Positions 37,650 to 46,403 of a DNA stretch of 46,403 bases are shown one piece after another. The notes beneath the pieces were generated by a model. It searched no databases. It saw only the letters and a program-made list of their open reading frames with translations, and was not told the DNA's origin. The DNA comes from Solirubrobacterales bacterium (lineage in GTDB: Bacteria > Actinomycetota > Thermoleophilia > Solirubrobacterales > Solirubrobacteraceae). Position numbers and translations under genes: made by a program. The stretch is taken from contig JAFAZB010000231.1 in assembly GCA_019240015.1 (NCBI GenBank), positions 1 through 46,403 on the forward strand, given 5' to 3'. Every line of letters begins with the position of its first letter. The first letter of the stretch is position 1.

Positions 37650-39026
37650 TCACGGCCGCGCGGTGGCGGCGGCGGCGTCGAGCAGCCCGTAGCCGTAGCT
37701 CTCGTTCGGGATCGTGTCGCCGAGCGGCTCGGCGGTCTGCTCGAGCCGCTGCAGGATCTGGTCAGGGGTGGGATGCGGTCCCAGCACCCTGCTCGCGATC
37801 ACCAGCGCTGCCGCAGCCGCCACCTCCGGCGAGGACATCGACGTGCCGATGTAGATGCCTGGATAGCCGAACTCGTCCGGGTGCAGCTGCGGGTCGAGCA
37901 GCGTCAACTGGTAGACGGGGGGCAAGCTTCGATTGGGATGGCAGTCGTGGTCGCCGGGCATGTATGCGTCGGGCCCGCCGCCGGGGGCGACCAGGTCGAG
38001 GCCGGCGCCGCCATTGGAGTACTGCGCCAGGCAACGGTCCCGGGTAGTGGCGCCGACCGAGATCACCGCCGGGGCTCGGGCGGGGTATGCGAGCTCGTTG
38101 GTGCGGTCGTTGCCCGCCGAGGCGACCACCACGACGCCCCGGGTGTGGGCGAAGCTGATCGCGTTGACGATGTCGGGGATCGCCGCGCCGCTGGTCACCT
38201 CGTCGGGCGAGAACTCCAGGCTCAGGTTGATCACCTGGGCGCCGTGAGCGACGGCATACCGGATCCCGCGCGCGATCGTGACCTCGTCCCCGTCGCCGGC
38301 GTCGTCGAGCACGCGCACCGGCATCACCGCGGCTCCGTAGGCCAGACCGGTCAGGCCGAAGCCGTTGTTGGTCGCCTCCGCGACCACGCCGGCGACCACG
38401 GTCCCATGGCCGTTGCGGTCGAGCGGGAAGCGATTGCCCTCGATGAAGTCATACGGAGCGACGAACCGCGTGCCGCCGAAGTCCGGCGACTTGCGGAACT
38501 GATGCCAGTCTCTGTACGCCACGCCGGTATCGAGCACCGCGACCACGACGCCCCGTCCGCCCGGCCGGTGATCGGCGAGCAGGTTCCCCCAGGCACCCGG
38601 GGCATTGACTCCGGCTGCCGGGAGAAAGTTCCACTGCATCGCCTCCCATCCGCGCGCCCGGTGGCTGGAGCCGCGGTCGTTCGGATACCAGGGGCCGGCC
38701 GCGTGGGCGATGAAGTCCGGCACCGCGAAGGCGACCCCAGGCTCACGGCGCAGGCGGGCGATCGCGCCGATCACGCTCTGCCCGGGGGCCAACCGCAGCA
38801 GCTGCTCGTGCGCCGCCGGCGGTGGTCCGACCGCGCGAGCGCCCATCCGCATCGCGATCGCCGCCGTGATCTGCTGCGCCGGCTGTGAGCTGTAGCCGAC
38901 GATCACCACGCCCGGCACGTAGTCGGCGGCGAGCGCCGTCCCGCCGCCGATCGTGTCACCCGCCAACAACGCCACCGCGGCGGTCAGCGCGGCGGCAAGT
39001 CGAGGGATGTGTGGTCGGAGACGCAC
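37650..39026 (-). CDS. Secreted S8 subtilisin-like serine peptidase
   Basis: Triad VAVLDTG, GHGT, GTSM; INLSL, AGND; signal peptide. Confidence 0.93.
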   Translation of the reverse strand: MRLRPHIPRLAAALTAAVALLAGDTIGGGTALAADYVPGVVIVGYSSQPAQQITAAIAMRMGARAVGPPPAAHEQLLRLAPGQSVIGAIARLRREPGVAFAVPDFIAHAAGPWYPNDRGSSHRARGWEAMQWNFLPAAGVNAPGAWGNLLADHRPGGRGVVVAVLDTGVAYRDWHQFRKSPDFGGTRFVAPYDFIEGNRFPLDRNGHGTVVAGVVAEATNNGFGLTGLAYGAAVMPVRVLDDAGDGDEVTIARGIRYAVAHGAQVINLSLEFSPDEVTSGAAIPDIVNAISFAHTRGVVVVASAGNDRTNELAYPARAPAVISVGATTRDRCLAQYSNGGAGLDLVAPGGGPDAYMPGDHDCHPNRSLPPVYQLTLLDPQLHPDEFGYPGIYIGTSMSSPEVAAAAALVIASRVLGPHPTPDQILQRLEQTAEPLGDTIPNESYGYGLLDAAAATARP

Positions 39027-39137
39027 GGTTGGAGGCCGAGCCTGCTGCGCGCAGACTGGTGGCAGATGCTTAAGACATGATCGGAAGCGGAAAGTTTCAC
39101 TTCCGAAGCTATCGACACTGCCCCTTCACTTTCGCCA

Positions 39138-39602
39138 GTGAGCTCGCACTTCTTTCCCCGCGATGAGTACTTCATGCGCATGGCGCTCCGCGAAGCGACC
39201 CGCGCGCTCGCGCACGACGACATCCCCGTCGGGGCCCTGGTGGTGCGCGAAGGGGAGGTGATCGGGACCGGCCACAACGAGCGGGAGCTGCGCAGCGACC
39301 CAACCGCCCATGCCGAGCTGATCGCGCTCCGCGACGCGGCCCGCACGCTCGGCAGCTGGCGCGTGCTGGACAGCGTCATGTACGTGACGCTCGAGCCCTG
39401 CGCGATGTGCGCCGGGGCGATCGTCCTGGCGCGCATCCCCCGGCTGGTGTTCGGCACCACCGACCCCAAGGCTGGCGCCGCCGGCAGCGTGCTCAACGTG
39501 CTCGCCGAGCCCCGCCTGAACCACAGCCCTCAGGTCCAGTCGGGCCTACTCGCCGCGGACTGCGCGGACCTGCTGCGCTCGTTCTTCGCCCCGCGACGCT
39601 GA
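39138..39602 (+). CDS. tadA: tRNA adenosine(34) deaminase
   Basis: PVGA, DPTAHAE, TLEPCAMCAGA, DPKAGA.GS, LNH, FF. Confidence 0.95.
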   Translation: MSSHFFPRDEYFMRMALREATRALAHDDIPVGALVVREGEVIGTGHNERELRSDPTAHAELIALRDAARTLGSWRVLDSVMYVTLEPCAMCAGAIVLARIPRLVFGTTDPKAGAAGSVLNVLAEPRLNHSPQVQSGLLAADCADLLRSFFAPRR

Positions 39603-39672
39603 GCCCCACCGAAGGGCGAACGGCGCGCGGGCCAGCTTCAGCAGTCGTCTAACGTTCCGACGCGCGAAAACC

Positions 39673-39761
39673 GGAGAGGTGGCAGAGCGGTTGAATGCGC
39701 CGGTCTCGAAAACCGGTATGGGCGGTTTCGTCCATCGAGGGTTCGAATCCCTCCCTCTCCG
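39673..39761 (+). tRNA. tRNA-Ser(CGA)
   Basis: Acceptor GGAGAGG/CCTCTCC; anticodon arm CCGGT-ctCGAaa-ACCGG; long variable arm; GGTTCGAATCC T-arm; CCA not encoded. Confidence 0.96.
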
Positions 39762-39784
39762 CTGCATTAGTCGGGCACTGTAGT

Positions 39785-40774
39785 TCAGGCCGTGCGGGCC
39801 TCGGCGAACGTCACGAGATTCCCGCGGCGCTCATCCCACAGCTTCAGGCGCGTGGTGCGCAGGGCGGTACGCAGGTCGAGCACCGGTACGTCGCGGAGCA
39901 GTTCGATCGCGTGGTGAGCGCGGCGCAGGTTGTAGTTCGGGACACGCGTGCTGAGGTGGTGGACGTGGTGGTAGCCGATGTTGCCCGAGAAGAACCGCAG
40001 AATCGCCGGCAGTCTCAGATACGAGCTTCCGCGGATCGCGGCGTCAGCGAAGCTCCAGGAGTCCGCACTCTCCCAGTACGCGTCCTCGAACTGATGCTGG
40101 ACATAGAACAGGAAGATGCCGGCAGATCCGGCCAGCCAGGCCGCCGGCCACTGAATCAGCAGGTATTCCAGCGGGCCGATCCACACGCAGGCCGCCCCTA
40201 CGAGAAGCAGCAGGATCAAGTTCGTGTAGATCACCGCGCGCCGCATGCGCGGACGCATGCCCTTTCGGACGAGTCGCGGAAGGATCACGAACGACAGGAT
40301 CGGCCCCAACCCGAACATGACGATCGGGTTACGAAACAAGCGATAGCCGAGCCGCCCGCGCCATGACCGTGCGAGGTACTCCTCGACGGTCAGCGTCGGG
40401 AGATCGCCGGTACCCCGGCGATCGAGATTGCCGGCGGTCGCGTGATGCACCGCGTGCGTGTGCGCCCACGTCGCGAACGGCGTGTACAGCAGCAGTCCGA
40501 GCACGGTGCCGACGGCGCGGTTCGCGCGGCGAGAGCGAAACATGGAGCCGTGCGCGCAGTCGTGCAAGACGATGAAGGTGCGCAGGAGGAACCCGGCGGT
40601 CAGTGGCGCGAGAGCGAGCGCGAGGAAACCCGAGAGCTCCAGGGCGAACGCAGTTGCGACCAGCAGGCCCAGATAGGGCACGACCGAAGTGGCGATGTCG
40701 AGCAGCGTGCGGGCCGGGCGCGGCCGTGCGTAAACGCTGATGGCAGCGGTCCAAGGAGCCGCGGCGGCGCTCAC
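39785..40774 (-). CDS. Membrane fatty acid desaturase (Bacillus Des-like)
   Basis: His boxes HDCAH, HAVHH, HHVHH; FYVQHQFE; PNYNL. Confidence 0.93.
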   Translation of the reverse strand: MSAAAAPWTAAISVYARPRPARTLLDIATSVVPYLGLLVATAFALELSGFLALALAPLTAGFLLRTFIVLHDCAHGSMFRSRRANRAVGTVLGLLLYTPFATWAHTHAVHHATAGNLDRRGTGDLPTLTVEEYLARSWRGRLGYRLFRNPIVMFGLGPILSFVILPRLVRKGMRPRMRRAVIYTNLILLLLVGAACVWIGPLEYLLIQWPAAWLAGSAGIFLFYVQHQFEDAYWESADSWSFADAAIRGSSYLRLPAILRFFSGNIGYHHVHHLSTRVPNYNLRRAHHAIELLRDVPVLDLRTALRTTRLKLWDERRGNLVTFAEARTA

Positions 40775-40959
40775 ACGACACCGCCGGTCACGTCCGAGCC
40801 GCCGAGCTCCTCGGGGCGTGACGCTCCCTCCGCGGCATCGCGCGCCGCAGTCAGCCTACGGGCGGCGTGGCGCGCCTGCTTCTTGGCGCGCTTGTCGCGA
40901 AGCTTGCTCTCGCGGTTGAGCTTCGCCACCGTCGTCCGCTTCTTGCCGCTGGATCCCAC
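40771..40959 (-). CDS. Small basic (Lys/Arg-rich) protein, 62 aa
   Basis: SD GGAGG then GTG; KKRTTVAKLNRESKLRDKRAKKQAR; GTGA overlap with the desaturase start. Confidence 0.72.
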   Translation of the reverse strand: MGSSGKKRTTVAKLNRESKLRDKRAKKQARHAARRLTAARDAAEGASRPEELGGSDVTGGVV

Positions 40960-41045
40960 GGCTGTCCTCCTTCCTTGCCGTGCAGCTTGTTGGCACTCCG
41001 GGGGGGCGGCCGTGCGCCCCGCCACCTGGCCAATTGGACCCGGTG

Positions 41046-41249
41046 CTAGACGAGCCGGACGTTCGCCGCCGCCGGGCCCTTCGGACCCTGCTCGGCGTCG
41101 TAGCTCACCTTTGCCCCCTCGGCGAGCGTCTTGAAGCCGCTGCCCTGGATCGCGCTGTGATGGACGAACAGATCCTTGTCGTCGTCATCAGGCGTGATGA
41201 AGCCGAAGCCCTTGTCGTCGCTGAACCACTTCACGGTTCCTGTAGCCAT
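41046..41249 (-). CDS. cspA: Cold-shock protein
   Basis: [37 protein letters not shown]; ~100-nt leader after TACACT (41361-41356). Confidence 0.96.
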   Translation of the reverse strand: MATGTVKWFSDDKGFGFITPDDDDKDLFVHHSAIQGSGFKTLAEGAKVSYDAEQGPKGPAAANVRLV

Positions 41250-41652
41250 CTTGTTCCCTCCAGGGTATGTGCTGCGAAACACGGAGGGGCGCCTACAGGC
41301 ACAACTGCGAGAAACGCGGGCACTGTGATCGGCGGAGCACAAGCTCCGTGAAACGAGTGTAGCGCGCGGCTCGCTGACGCGGCGACCGCCTCCCGCCGCC
41401 CCGCTGGGGATTCAGGCCTGGTGGATAGCAGTTATTCGCTACCACCCCCGCCGATTTTCAGGGGTGGTTCCGCTGGCCACCGGATCGTCGCGGTATCACA
41501 GCACACCCCCCGAGCAGCGGGGATCAGTGGGCGATTTGTGACGGTCGGCGCGCTTGCGACTGGGGGCCGAGCCGCCGGCGCGGTGATCGTTATGGGCTGT
41601 CCGGGCTCGCCCCGCTACCCGCTGGCCAGAGGCCGAAGCGCAACCGGCTCAC

Positions 41653-41793
41653 GCCGCCGCGATCGCGCTCGTAGGCTTCCTGCCTGTAGGACTGCTGCGC
41701 GAGCAGCCGCTACGCGGCCGTGGCGAAGCCCCGCCCGGATCCGCGCGGTCGCGGTCTGGCTCCCGTACCCCACCCGAGCGCGCAGCCGCCTGA
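41653..41793 (+). pseudogene. Possible C-terminal remnant of an MFS transporter
   Basis: Frame reads AAAIALVGFLPVGLLREQPLRG...*, resembling the last TM and L.E.PLR tail of DHA2/MDR transporters. Upstream in-frame stop; no credible start. Confidence 0.35.
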
Positions 41794-41818
41794 AGCCAAG
41801 CCAATGAGGAGACCGCCG

Positions 41819-42139
41819 ATGCCAGTCATCAAAGCCAGCGCACTACCGAACGGAGAGCTCGATGGCGACGAGCACGGCGCGAGTGTCTGCCTGATCCTGG
41901 ATCACAGCCAGCCCGGCCAGGGGCCGCGCCTGCACCGGCATCCGTACGACGAGACCTGGGTCGTCGTGGACGGGAACGTCACCTTCGAGCTCGGTGCGGA
42001 GCGCCACCACGCCGGGCCCGGTGACATCGTCATCGCGCCTCCCGGCGTGGCCCACAAGTTCACCAATGACGGACCCGGACGCTCGAGCCTCGTCTGTATT
42101 CACGCCAACCCGACAAAAGTCACCGAGTGGCTGGAATGA
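41819..42139 (+). CDS. Cupin-domain protein
   Basis: PGQGPRLHRHPYDE...G, GDIV..PPG..HKF.N; SD GAGGAG. Confidence 0.9.
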   Translation: MPVIKASALPNGELDGDEHGASVCLILDHSQPGQGPRLHRHPYDETWVVVDGNVTFELGAERHHAGPGDIVIAPPGVAHKFTNDGPGRSSLVCIHANPTKVTEWLE

Positions 42140-42164
42140 GCGCTCCGCGGCGCGGGCGCTCTGC

Positions 42165-42878
42165 TCACCCCCGTGCTCGCTCGATCAGCTCCCGCAGCGA
42201 ACGGCGCTGCCCGCCGGCGGCGTCGAAGTTCCCGCGCGCCAGCCAGGCCTCAAAGCCGCCGCGGATCGCGGGCCACTCGTCATCGGTGATCGCGTACCAC
42301 GCGGTGTCGCGGTTGCGCCCTTTGACGACCATGTGCTTGCGAAACACGCCCTCGAACCGGAAGCCGTAACGCTCGGCCGCGCTTCTGGAGGCGACATTGA
42401 GCGCGTCGCACTTCCACTCCAGTCGCCGGTACCCGAGCTGGTCGAACGCGTGCTGGGCCAGCAGATAGATCGCCTCCGTCGCAGCGGTGGTGCGCTGGAG
42501 CGGGCGCCCAAACCAGATCCGTCCGATCTCGATCACGCCGTGCTCCGGAGCGATCCGCATGTAGGACGCAAGCCCCAGGGGCTGGTGGTCGGGCAGGCGG
42601 ACCAGCGTGTAGAACAGTGGATCGTCCGACTCCGCGGTCCACTCGAGCATGCGGCGCAGCTGAGCCGGGCTCTCGTACGGGCCGTCGGGCATGTAGGTCC
42701 AGATCGAGGCGTCGCCCGTCGGCGGATGAGTCAGCGCGTACAGCGGCTCGGCGTCGGCGCTCGCGCTGGGAGGACGCAGCAGGACATATGAGCCCCTCAA
42801 CTCGGTACGCGCCGGCCGCCGTGCGCCCGTCCATTGGACTCGTGCGCCGAGCGGGAGATCGTGGGCGTCGGTCCTCAC
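42165..42878 (-). CDS. GNAT acetyltransferase (RimJ/RimL family)
   Basis: G.IEIG.IW, ATEA.YL, LGYRR.EWKCDALN..S..AA.R.GF.FEG.FR, KGRNRDTAW. Confidence 0.92.
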   Translation of the reverse strand: MRTDAHDLPLGARVQWTGARRPARTELRGSYVLLRPPSASADAEPLYALTHPPTGDASIWTYMPDGPYESPAQLRRMLEWTAESDDPLFYTLVRLPDHQPLGLASYMRIAPEHGVIEIGRIWFGRPLQRTTAATEAIYLLAQHAFDQLGYRRLEWKCDALNVASRSAAERYGFRFEGVFRKHMVVKGRNRDTAWYAITDDEWPAIRGGFEAWLARGNFDAAGGQRRSLRELIERARG

Positions 42879-43912
42879 GAGCGTATGGTCCGCGATCCGT
42901 CACCGGACAGCGTCGGCGGTAGGCCGAAGCGCCGTACCAGCTCGGCGCCGCCGAACCGGGTGATCATCGCGATGCGATCCTCGGCGAGCGTCAGCACGAG
43001 CACCCCGGTTCCTCGCGCGAGCTCGCTGCCCGGTTCGAGCGAGTAGTGCCCGAACGCGGGCTGGCCATTCGCGCGGGTAGGCACGAGGATCGTGCGGCCG
43101 CCGGCGTGCCGCCTGGATGCCGCGTGGCGCAGGAACGCTGCGATCGTCTCGCGGCCGTGGTACTCGAGCGGCTGCGGGGGCATCGTGACCCACGCGTCCT
43201 CGGTCAGCAGTGCGACGACGCTATCCATGTCTCCCTGTTCGAACGCGTCGGCGAACGTATCCGCGAGCTCGCGCTCGCGTGCGGAGCCGGGCGTCGGCGC
43301 GCGTTCGCGTGACGGTGGCAAGCGATGCTCGAGCGAAGATCTTGCGCGCTGCAGGGCGCTGTTGACGGTCGCCTCCGAGGTGTCGAGCGCCTGCGCGACT
43401 TCGGCGGCGCGAAATCCGAGCACGTCGCGGAGCACCAGCGCGGCGCGCTGGCGCGGTGGCAGGCGCTGCAGCGCGGTGATGAACGCGAGCCCGATCGCCT
43501 CGCGCGTCTCGTAGCGCGAGTCGGGACCCGGCGTGGAGTCGGGGATCCCCTCGAGCAGCTCGTCCGGGTATGGCTCGAGCCAGGTGAGCTCGCCGAGCCG
43601 AGTCGGCGGTGGTGGATCGAACGGGAGCGCCGGCGCGGAGGCGCGCGGTCGCAACCCCCGGTCGCGGAGCATGTTCAGGCAGCGGTTGGTCGCGATCCGG
43701 TAAAGCCAGGCCCGGAGCGACGCTCGCTCCTCGAACCTATCGAGCCCGCGCCACGCCGACATGAGCGTCTCTTGAAGCGCGTCTTCTGCGTCCTGCAAAG
43801 AGCCGAGCATCCGGTAGCAGTGGACTTGCAGCTCGCGCTGATGGGGCTCGGCCAGCTCGCGAAACGCGGCCTGGTCCCCTGCACGGGCACGCGTGAGGCT
43901 CGAAGTGCTCAC
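42875..43912 (-). CDS. ECF sigma factor with SnoaL domain (SigG/ECF56-type), second paralog
   Basis: ELQVHCYRMLGS.QDAEDA.QE, WLYRIATNRCL, WLEPYPD, LPPRQRA.L.LRDVLG, MPP, ANGQPA. Confidence 0.93.
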   Translation of the reverse strand: MSTSSLTRARAGDQAAFRELAEPHQRELQVHCYRMLGSLQDAEDALQETLMSAWRGLDRFEERASLRAWLYRIATNRCLNMLRDRGLRPRASAPALPFDPPPPTRLGELTWLEPYPDELLEGIPDSTPGPDSRYETREAIGLAFITALQRLPPRQRAALVLRDVLGFRAAEVAQALDTSEATVNSALQRARSSLEHRLPPSRERAPTPGSARERELADTFADAFEQGDMDSVVALLTEDAWVTMPPQPLEYHGRETIAAFLRHAASRRHAGGRTILVPTRANGQPAFGHYSLEPGSELARGTGVLVLTLAEDRIAMITRFGGAELVRRFGLPPTLSGDGSRTIRS

Positions 43913-43978
43913 CGCTCAATGCTCGCATCTGTGGCTTTCGCTCGCGTGCGAGGCCGCCGTCCAGCCATTGCTTGATGG

Positions 43979-44031
43979 GACACGAGCCGTGCCAGAAATT
44001 CATCGCTCAGTCTCGGCTCCGCGGCGTGTCT
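43979..44031. promoter_or_regulatory. Back-to-back SigG-type promoters
   Basis: Minus: CGATGA (44005-44000)-N18-GTC toward the sigma gene. Plus: CGCTCA (44004-44009)-N18-GTCT toward the MFS. Confidence 0.6.
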
Positions 44032-44067
44032 CTTTCAGCAGAACCCGATCACAGGAGCTCTGATCCG

Positions 44068-45486
44068 ATGACCACCAAGTTCTCTCCACGCTGGACCCTC
44101 GCGCTGACCTCGACTGCGTTCTTCATGGTCGCGCTCGACGCACTCGTCGTCGCGACCGCGCTGCCGGCGATCCAGCGGGACCTCAAGGTCGGGGTGCCGA
44201 CCCTGGAGTGGACCGTCAACGCGTACGCGCTGACGTTTGCCGCTGGAATCGTCTCCGCCGCGGCGCTCGGCGATCGACTGGGGCGTCGCCGTGTGTTCAT
44301 CGCCGGGCTGGGGTTGTTCACCGTCGCGTCGGCCGCGTGCGCGCTGGCGCCCAGCGCGGGGCTGCTGCTCACCGCGCGCGCGATCCAGGGAATGGGGGCG
44401 GCCGCGGTGATGCCGTTGTCGCTGACGATCCTGACCGCCGCGTTCCCCCCCGAGCGCCGTGGTGCGGTGGTCGGGATGTGGGGCGCGATCGGCGGGCTTG
44501 CCGTCGCGAGCGGCCCGGTGATCGGCGGGGCGATCACGCAAGGCATCGACTGGCACTGGATCTTCTGGGTCAACGTGCCGATCGGCGCCGGGGCGATCGC
44601 CCTCGCCCGCGTGCGGCTGAGCGAGTCCCATGGGCCGCGTTCCCCGCTCGACCTCCCCGGCCTTGCCACGGTCACAGCCGCGGCGGTCAGCCTGGTGTGG
44701 GCGCTTGTTCGCAGCGGGTCGGTCGGTTGGGCCCGGCCAGAGACACTCGTCACGCTGAGCGTGGGGGTCGCGTTGCTGAGCGCGTTCGTCGTCTGGGAGC
44801 GTCGCGCGCCGGCGCCGATGCTCCCGCCGCGCCTGTTCGCCAACCGGACGTTCGCAGCCGCCAACGCCACCGCGTTCCTGATGACGGCGACGATCATGGC
44901 CGCGGCGTTCCTGATCGCGCAGTACTTCCAGCTCGCGCTCGGCAACTCGCCGCTGTCGACCGGCCTGCGACTGCTGCCGTGGACTGCAACCCCGATCGTG
45001 GTGGCTCCGGTGGCCGGCGCGCTCTCGGACCGCATCGGGCCGCGACCGATCATGGTCACGGGCATGTTGCTCCAGGCGGCCGGGCTGGCTTGGTTCGCGC
45101 TTCAGGCGACCGACGGGGTTGGCTACGTGAGCCTGGTCACCCCATTGATCATCGCCGGCGTTGGCATCTCGATGGTGATCCCGACCACGCCCGCAGCGGC
45201 CATCGGCGCAGTGGGGCCGGCCGACATCGGCAAGGCGTCGGGGACGAACAGCACCCTGCAGCGGTTCGGTGGTGCGTTCGGGATCGCGGTCGCGACGGCC
45301 GTGTTCACGGCCAACGGCCACCTGGGCAGCGCCGCCAGCTTTGACTCGGGCTTCCGCCCCGCGCTGGCCGCCGCGGCCGGGATGTCGCTGCTGGGAGCGT
45401 GCGCCGCGCTGTTGGTCCGCAGTCGCCGCGGAGCGGCCCGGCTCCTCCCGGCGGACGTGGCCCCCGCGCCGGCGGCGACCAGCTGA
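44068..45486 (+). CDS. DHA2 (EmrB/QacA) MFS efflux transporter
   Basis: FM..LD..VV..ALP.I, W.VNAY.L, LGDR.GRRR, R..QG.G, GP..GG, W.WIFW.NVP.G; ~14 TM. Confidence 0.94.
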   Translation: MTTKFSPRWTLALTSTAFFMVALDALVVATALPAIQRDLKVGVPTLEWTVNAYALTFAAGIVSAAALGDRLGRRRVFIAGLGLFTVASAACALAPSAGLLLTARAIQGMGAAAVMPLSLTILTAAFPPERRGAVVGMWGAIGGLAVASGPVIGGAITQGIDWHWIFWVNVPIGAGAIALARVRLSESHGPRSPLDLPGLATVTAAAVSLVWALVRSGSVGWARPETLVTLSVGVALLSAFVVWERRAPAPMLPPRLFANRTFAAANATAFLMTATIMAAAFLIAQYFQLALGNSPLSTGLRLLPWTATPIVVAPVAGALSDRIGPRPIMVTGMLLQAAGLAWFALQATDGVGYVSLVTPLIIAGVGISMVIPTTPAAAIGAVGPADIGKASGTNSTLQRFGGAFGIAVATAVFTANGHLGSAASFDSGFRPALAAAAGMSLLGACAALLVRSRRGAARLLPADVAPAPAATS

Positions 45487-45527
45487 GGCAGCTGTCGAGG
45501 GACGTCTCCTCCAGGTAGCTTGGAGCC

Positions 45528-45914
45528 GTGGACATCGTAGGCCTCGACCACGTTCAGCTGGCGGCTCCCCAAGGATCCGAGCCCGCGGCGCGGCAGTTCT
45601 TCGGTGACCTCCTTGGCCTGAGCGAGCTGGAGAAGCCGGCGCCGCTGCGCAACCGGGGCGGCGTCTGGTTCAGACTTGGCGAGCAACAGCTCCATGTTGG
45701 GATACACGAGCAGTTCGTCCCCGCCGAGAAGGCTCATCCAGCGCTCCGGGTGCGGGCCGGCGGGCTGGACGCGGTAGCCGATCGACTGCACGCGGCCGGC
45801 GCCCCAGTCGTGTGGGACGATTCGCTCCCCGGCCAGGACCGGTTCTACACCCAGGATCCCTGGGGGAACCGCATCGAGCTAATCGCCCAAGCCCGATTCC
45901 GCGCATCGCCCTGA
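45528..45914 (+). CDS. VOC/glyoxalase-family protein
   Basis: LDHVQLA.P.G.E..AR.F, GG.WF, KAHPA, RFY..DPWGNRIE. Confidence 0.92.
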   Translation: MDIVGLDHVQLAAPQGSEPAARQFFGDLLGLSELEKPAPLRNRGGVWFRLGEQQLHVGIHEQFVPAEKAHPALRVRAGGLDAVADRLHAAGAPVVWDDSLPGQDRFYTQDPWGNRIELIAQARFRASP

Positions 45915-45934
45915 CGGACGGCGCCGGTCCTCGC

Positions 45935-46403
45935 TCAGATCTCCCGCACGCGCTCAACGGTGGCCTGGTCGATCGCCAGCGCGGCGGCGTTCTCGGCGAT
46001 CTGAGCCGGCGAGGTGGCGCCGAACAGCACGCTCACAACGCTTGGATTGGCGAGCGCGAACGCGATCGCGAGCGCGGCGGGGCTGACGCCGAGCTCCTCG
46101 GCGAGCGCCCGGAGCCTGCGGCCCAGCTCGCGCGCCGAGCGCAGGCGGGGATCGTCGAGCTCGGGCTCCGCGCGGCCTGATCCGCCCGCGTCGTACTTGC
46201 CGGTCAGCACGCCGCCCGCCAGCACGTAGGAGGCGACGACGCCGGCTCCGGACGCGGCCAATGCCGCTTCCATCTGCTCGCTCTCGACCCAATCACGGCC
46301 GACGAGGCTGTATGGCAGCTGGGCCGCGCAGGGCTGCACGACGCCCTGCTGCTCGGCGGCCTGCGCCGCCTCCAGGAATGCCCCCGGCTCCCAGTTGACA
46401 ATC
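45935..46403 (-). CDS. Aldo/keto reductase, 3' part (truncated by the window end)
   Basis: Q.PYSL..R, LAGG.LTGKY, SPA.LAIAF.L..P.V.SV.FGATS..QI.EN. Confidence 0.88.
   Translation of the reverse strand, partial: IVNWEPGAFLEAAQAAEQQGVVQPCAAQLPYSLVGRDWVESEQMEAALAASGAGVVASYVLAGGVLTGKYDAGGSGRAEPELDDPRLRSARELGRRLRALAEELGVSPAALAIAFALANPSVVSVLFGATSPAQIAENAAALAIDQATVERVREI

Noticed and set aside
41724-41750. SigG-like CGAAGC-N18-GTC upstream of the cupin
   Set aside because: Only 3 of 6 bases match at -35; likely chance at this GC content.
39673-46403. Integrative element at tRNA-Ser
   Set aside because: No integrase and no duplicated tRNA 3' end seen within the window.

Overview
A very GC-rich bacterial chromosomal segment. 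Gene content and leaderless-promoter style suggest an actinobacterium, probably Thermoleophilia/Solirubrobacterales (inference). It holds about 50 protein genes: a YcnI copper locus, GH76, GH65 with beta-PGM, GH3 with a ROK regulator, two SigG/ECF56-type sigma factors, a YeeE/YedE pair, DUF1152, S53 and S8 proteases, a DosS-like GAF two-component system with an SDR and a divergent QueA-like gene, USPs, tadA, a cspA/small protein/desaturase unit and a DHA2 MFS. It also has one tRNA-Ser(CGA). I see no transposase, integrase, prophage or CRISPR. The top finding is at 812-2115: a His-rich four-TM membrane protein ends in a RAPP ribosome-arrest motif, and its stop codon is directly followed by a perfect anti-Shine-Dalgarno for the downstream copper-binding ycnI gene. 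This looks like a candidate metal- or membrane-insertion-sensing translational attenuator. Other findings are two inverted copies of a ~116-bp four-unit REPIN/MITE-like element, SigG-type promoter motifs at both ECF loci, a frameshifted methyltransferase, an unannotated 28-aa membrane peptide and many leaderless genes. All calls come from reading motifs by eye; no database searches were run.
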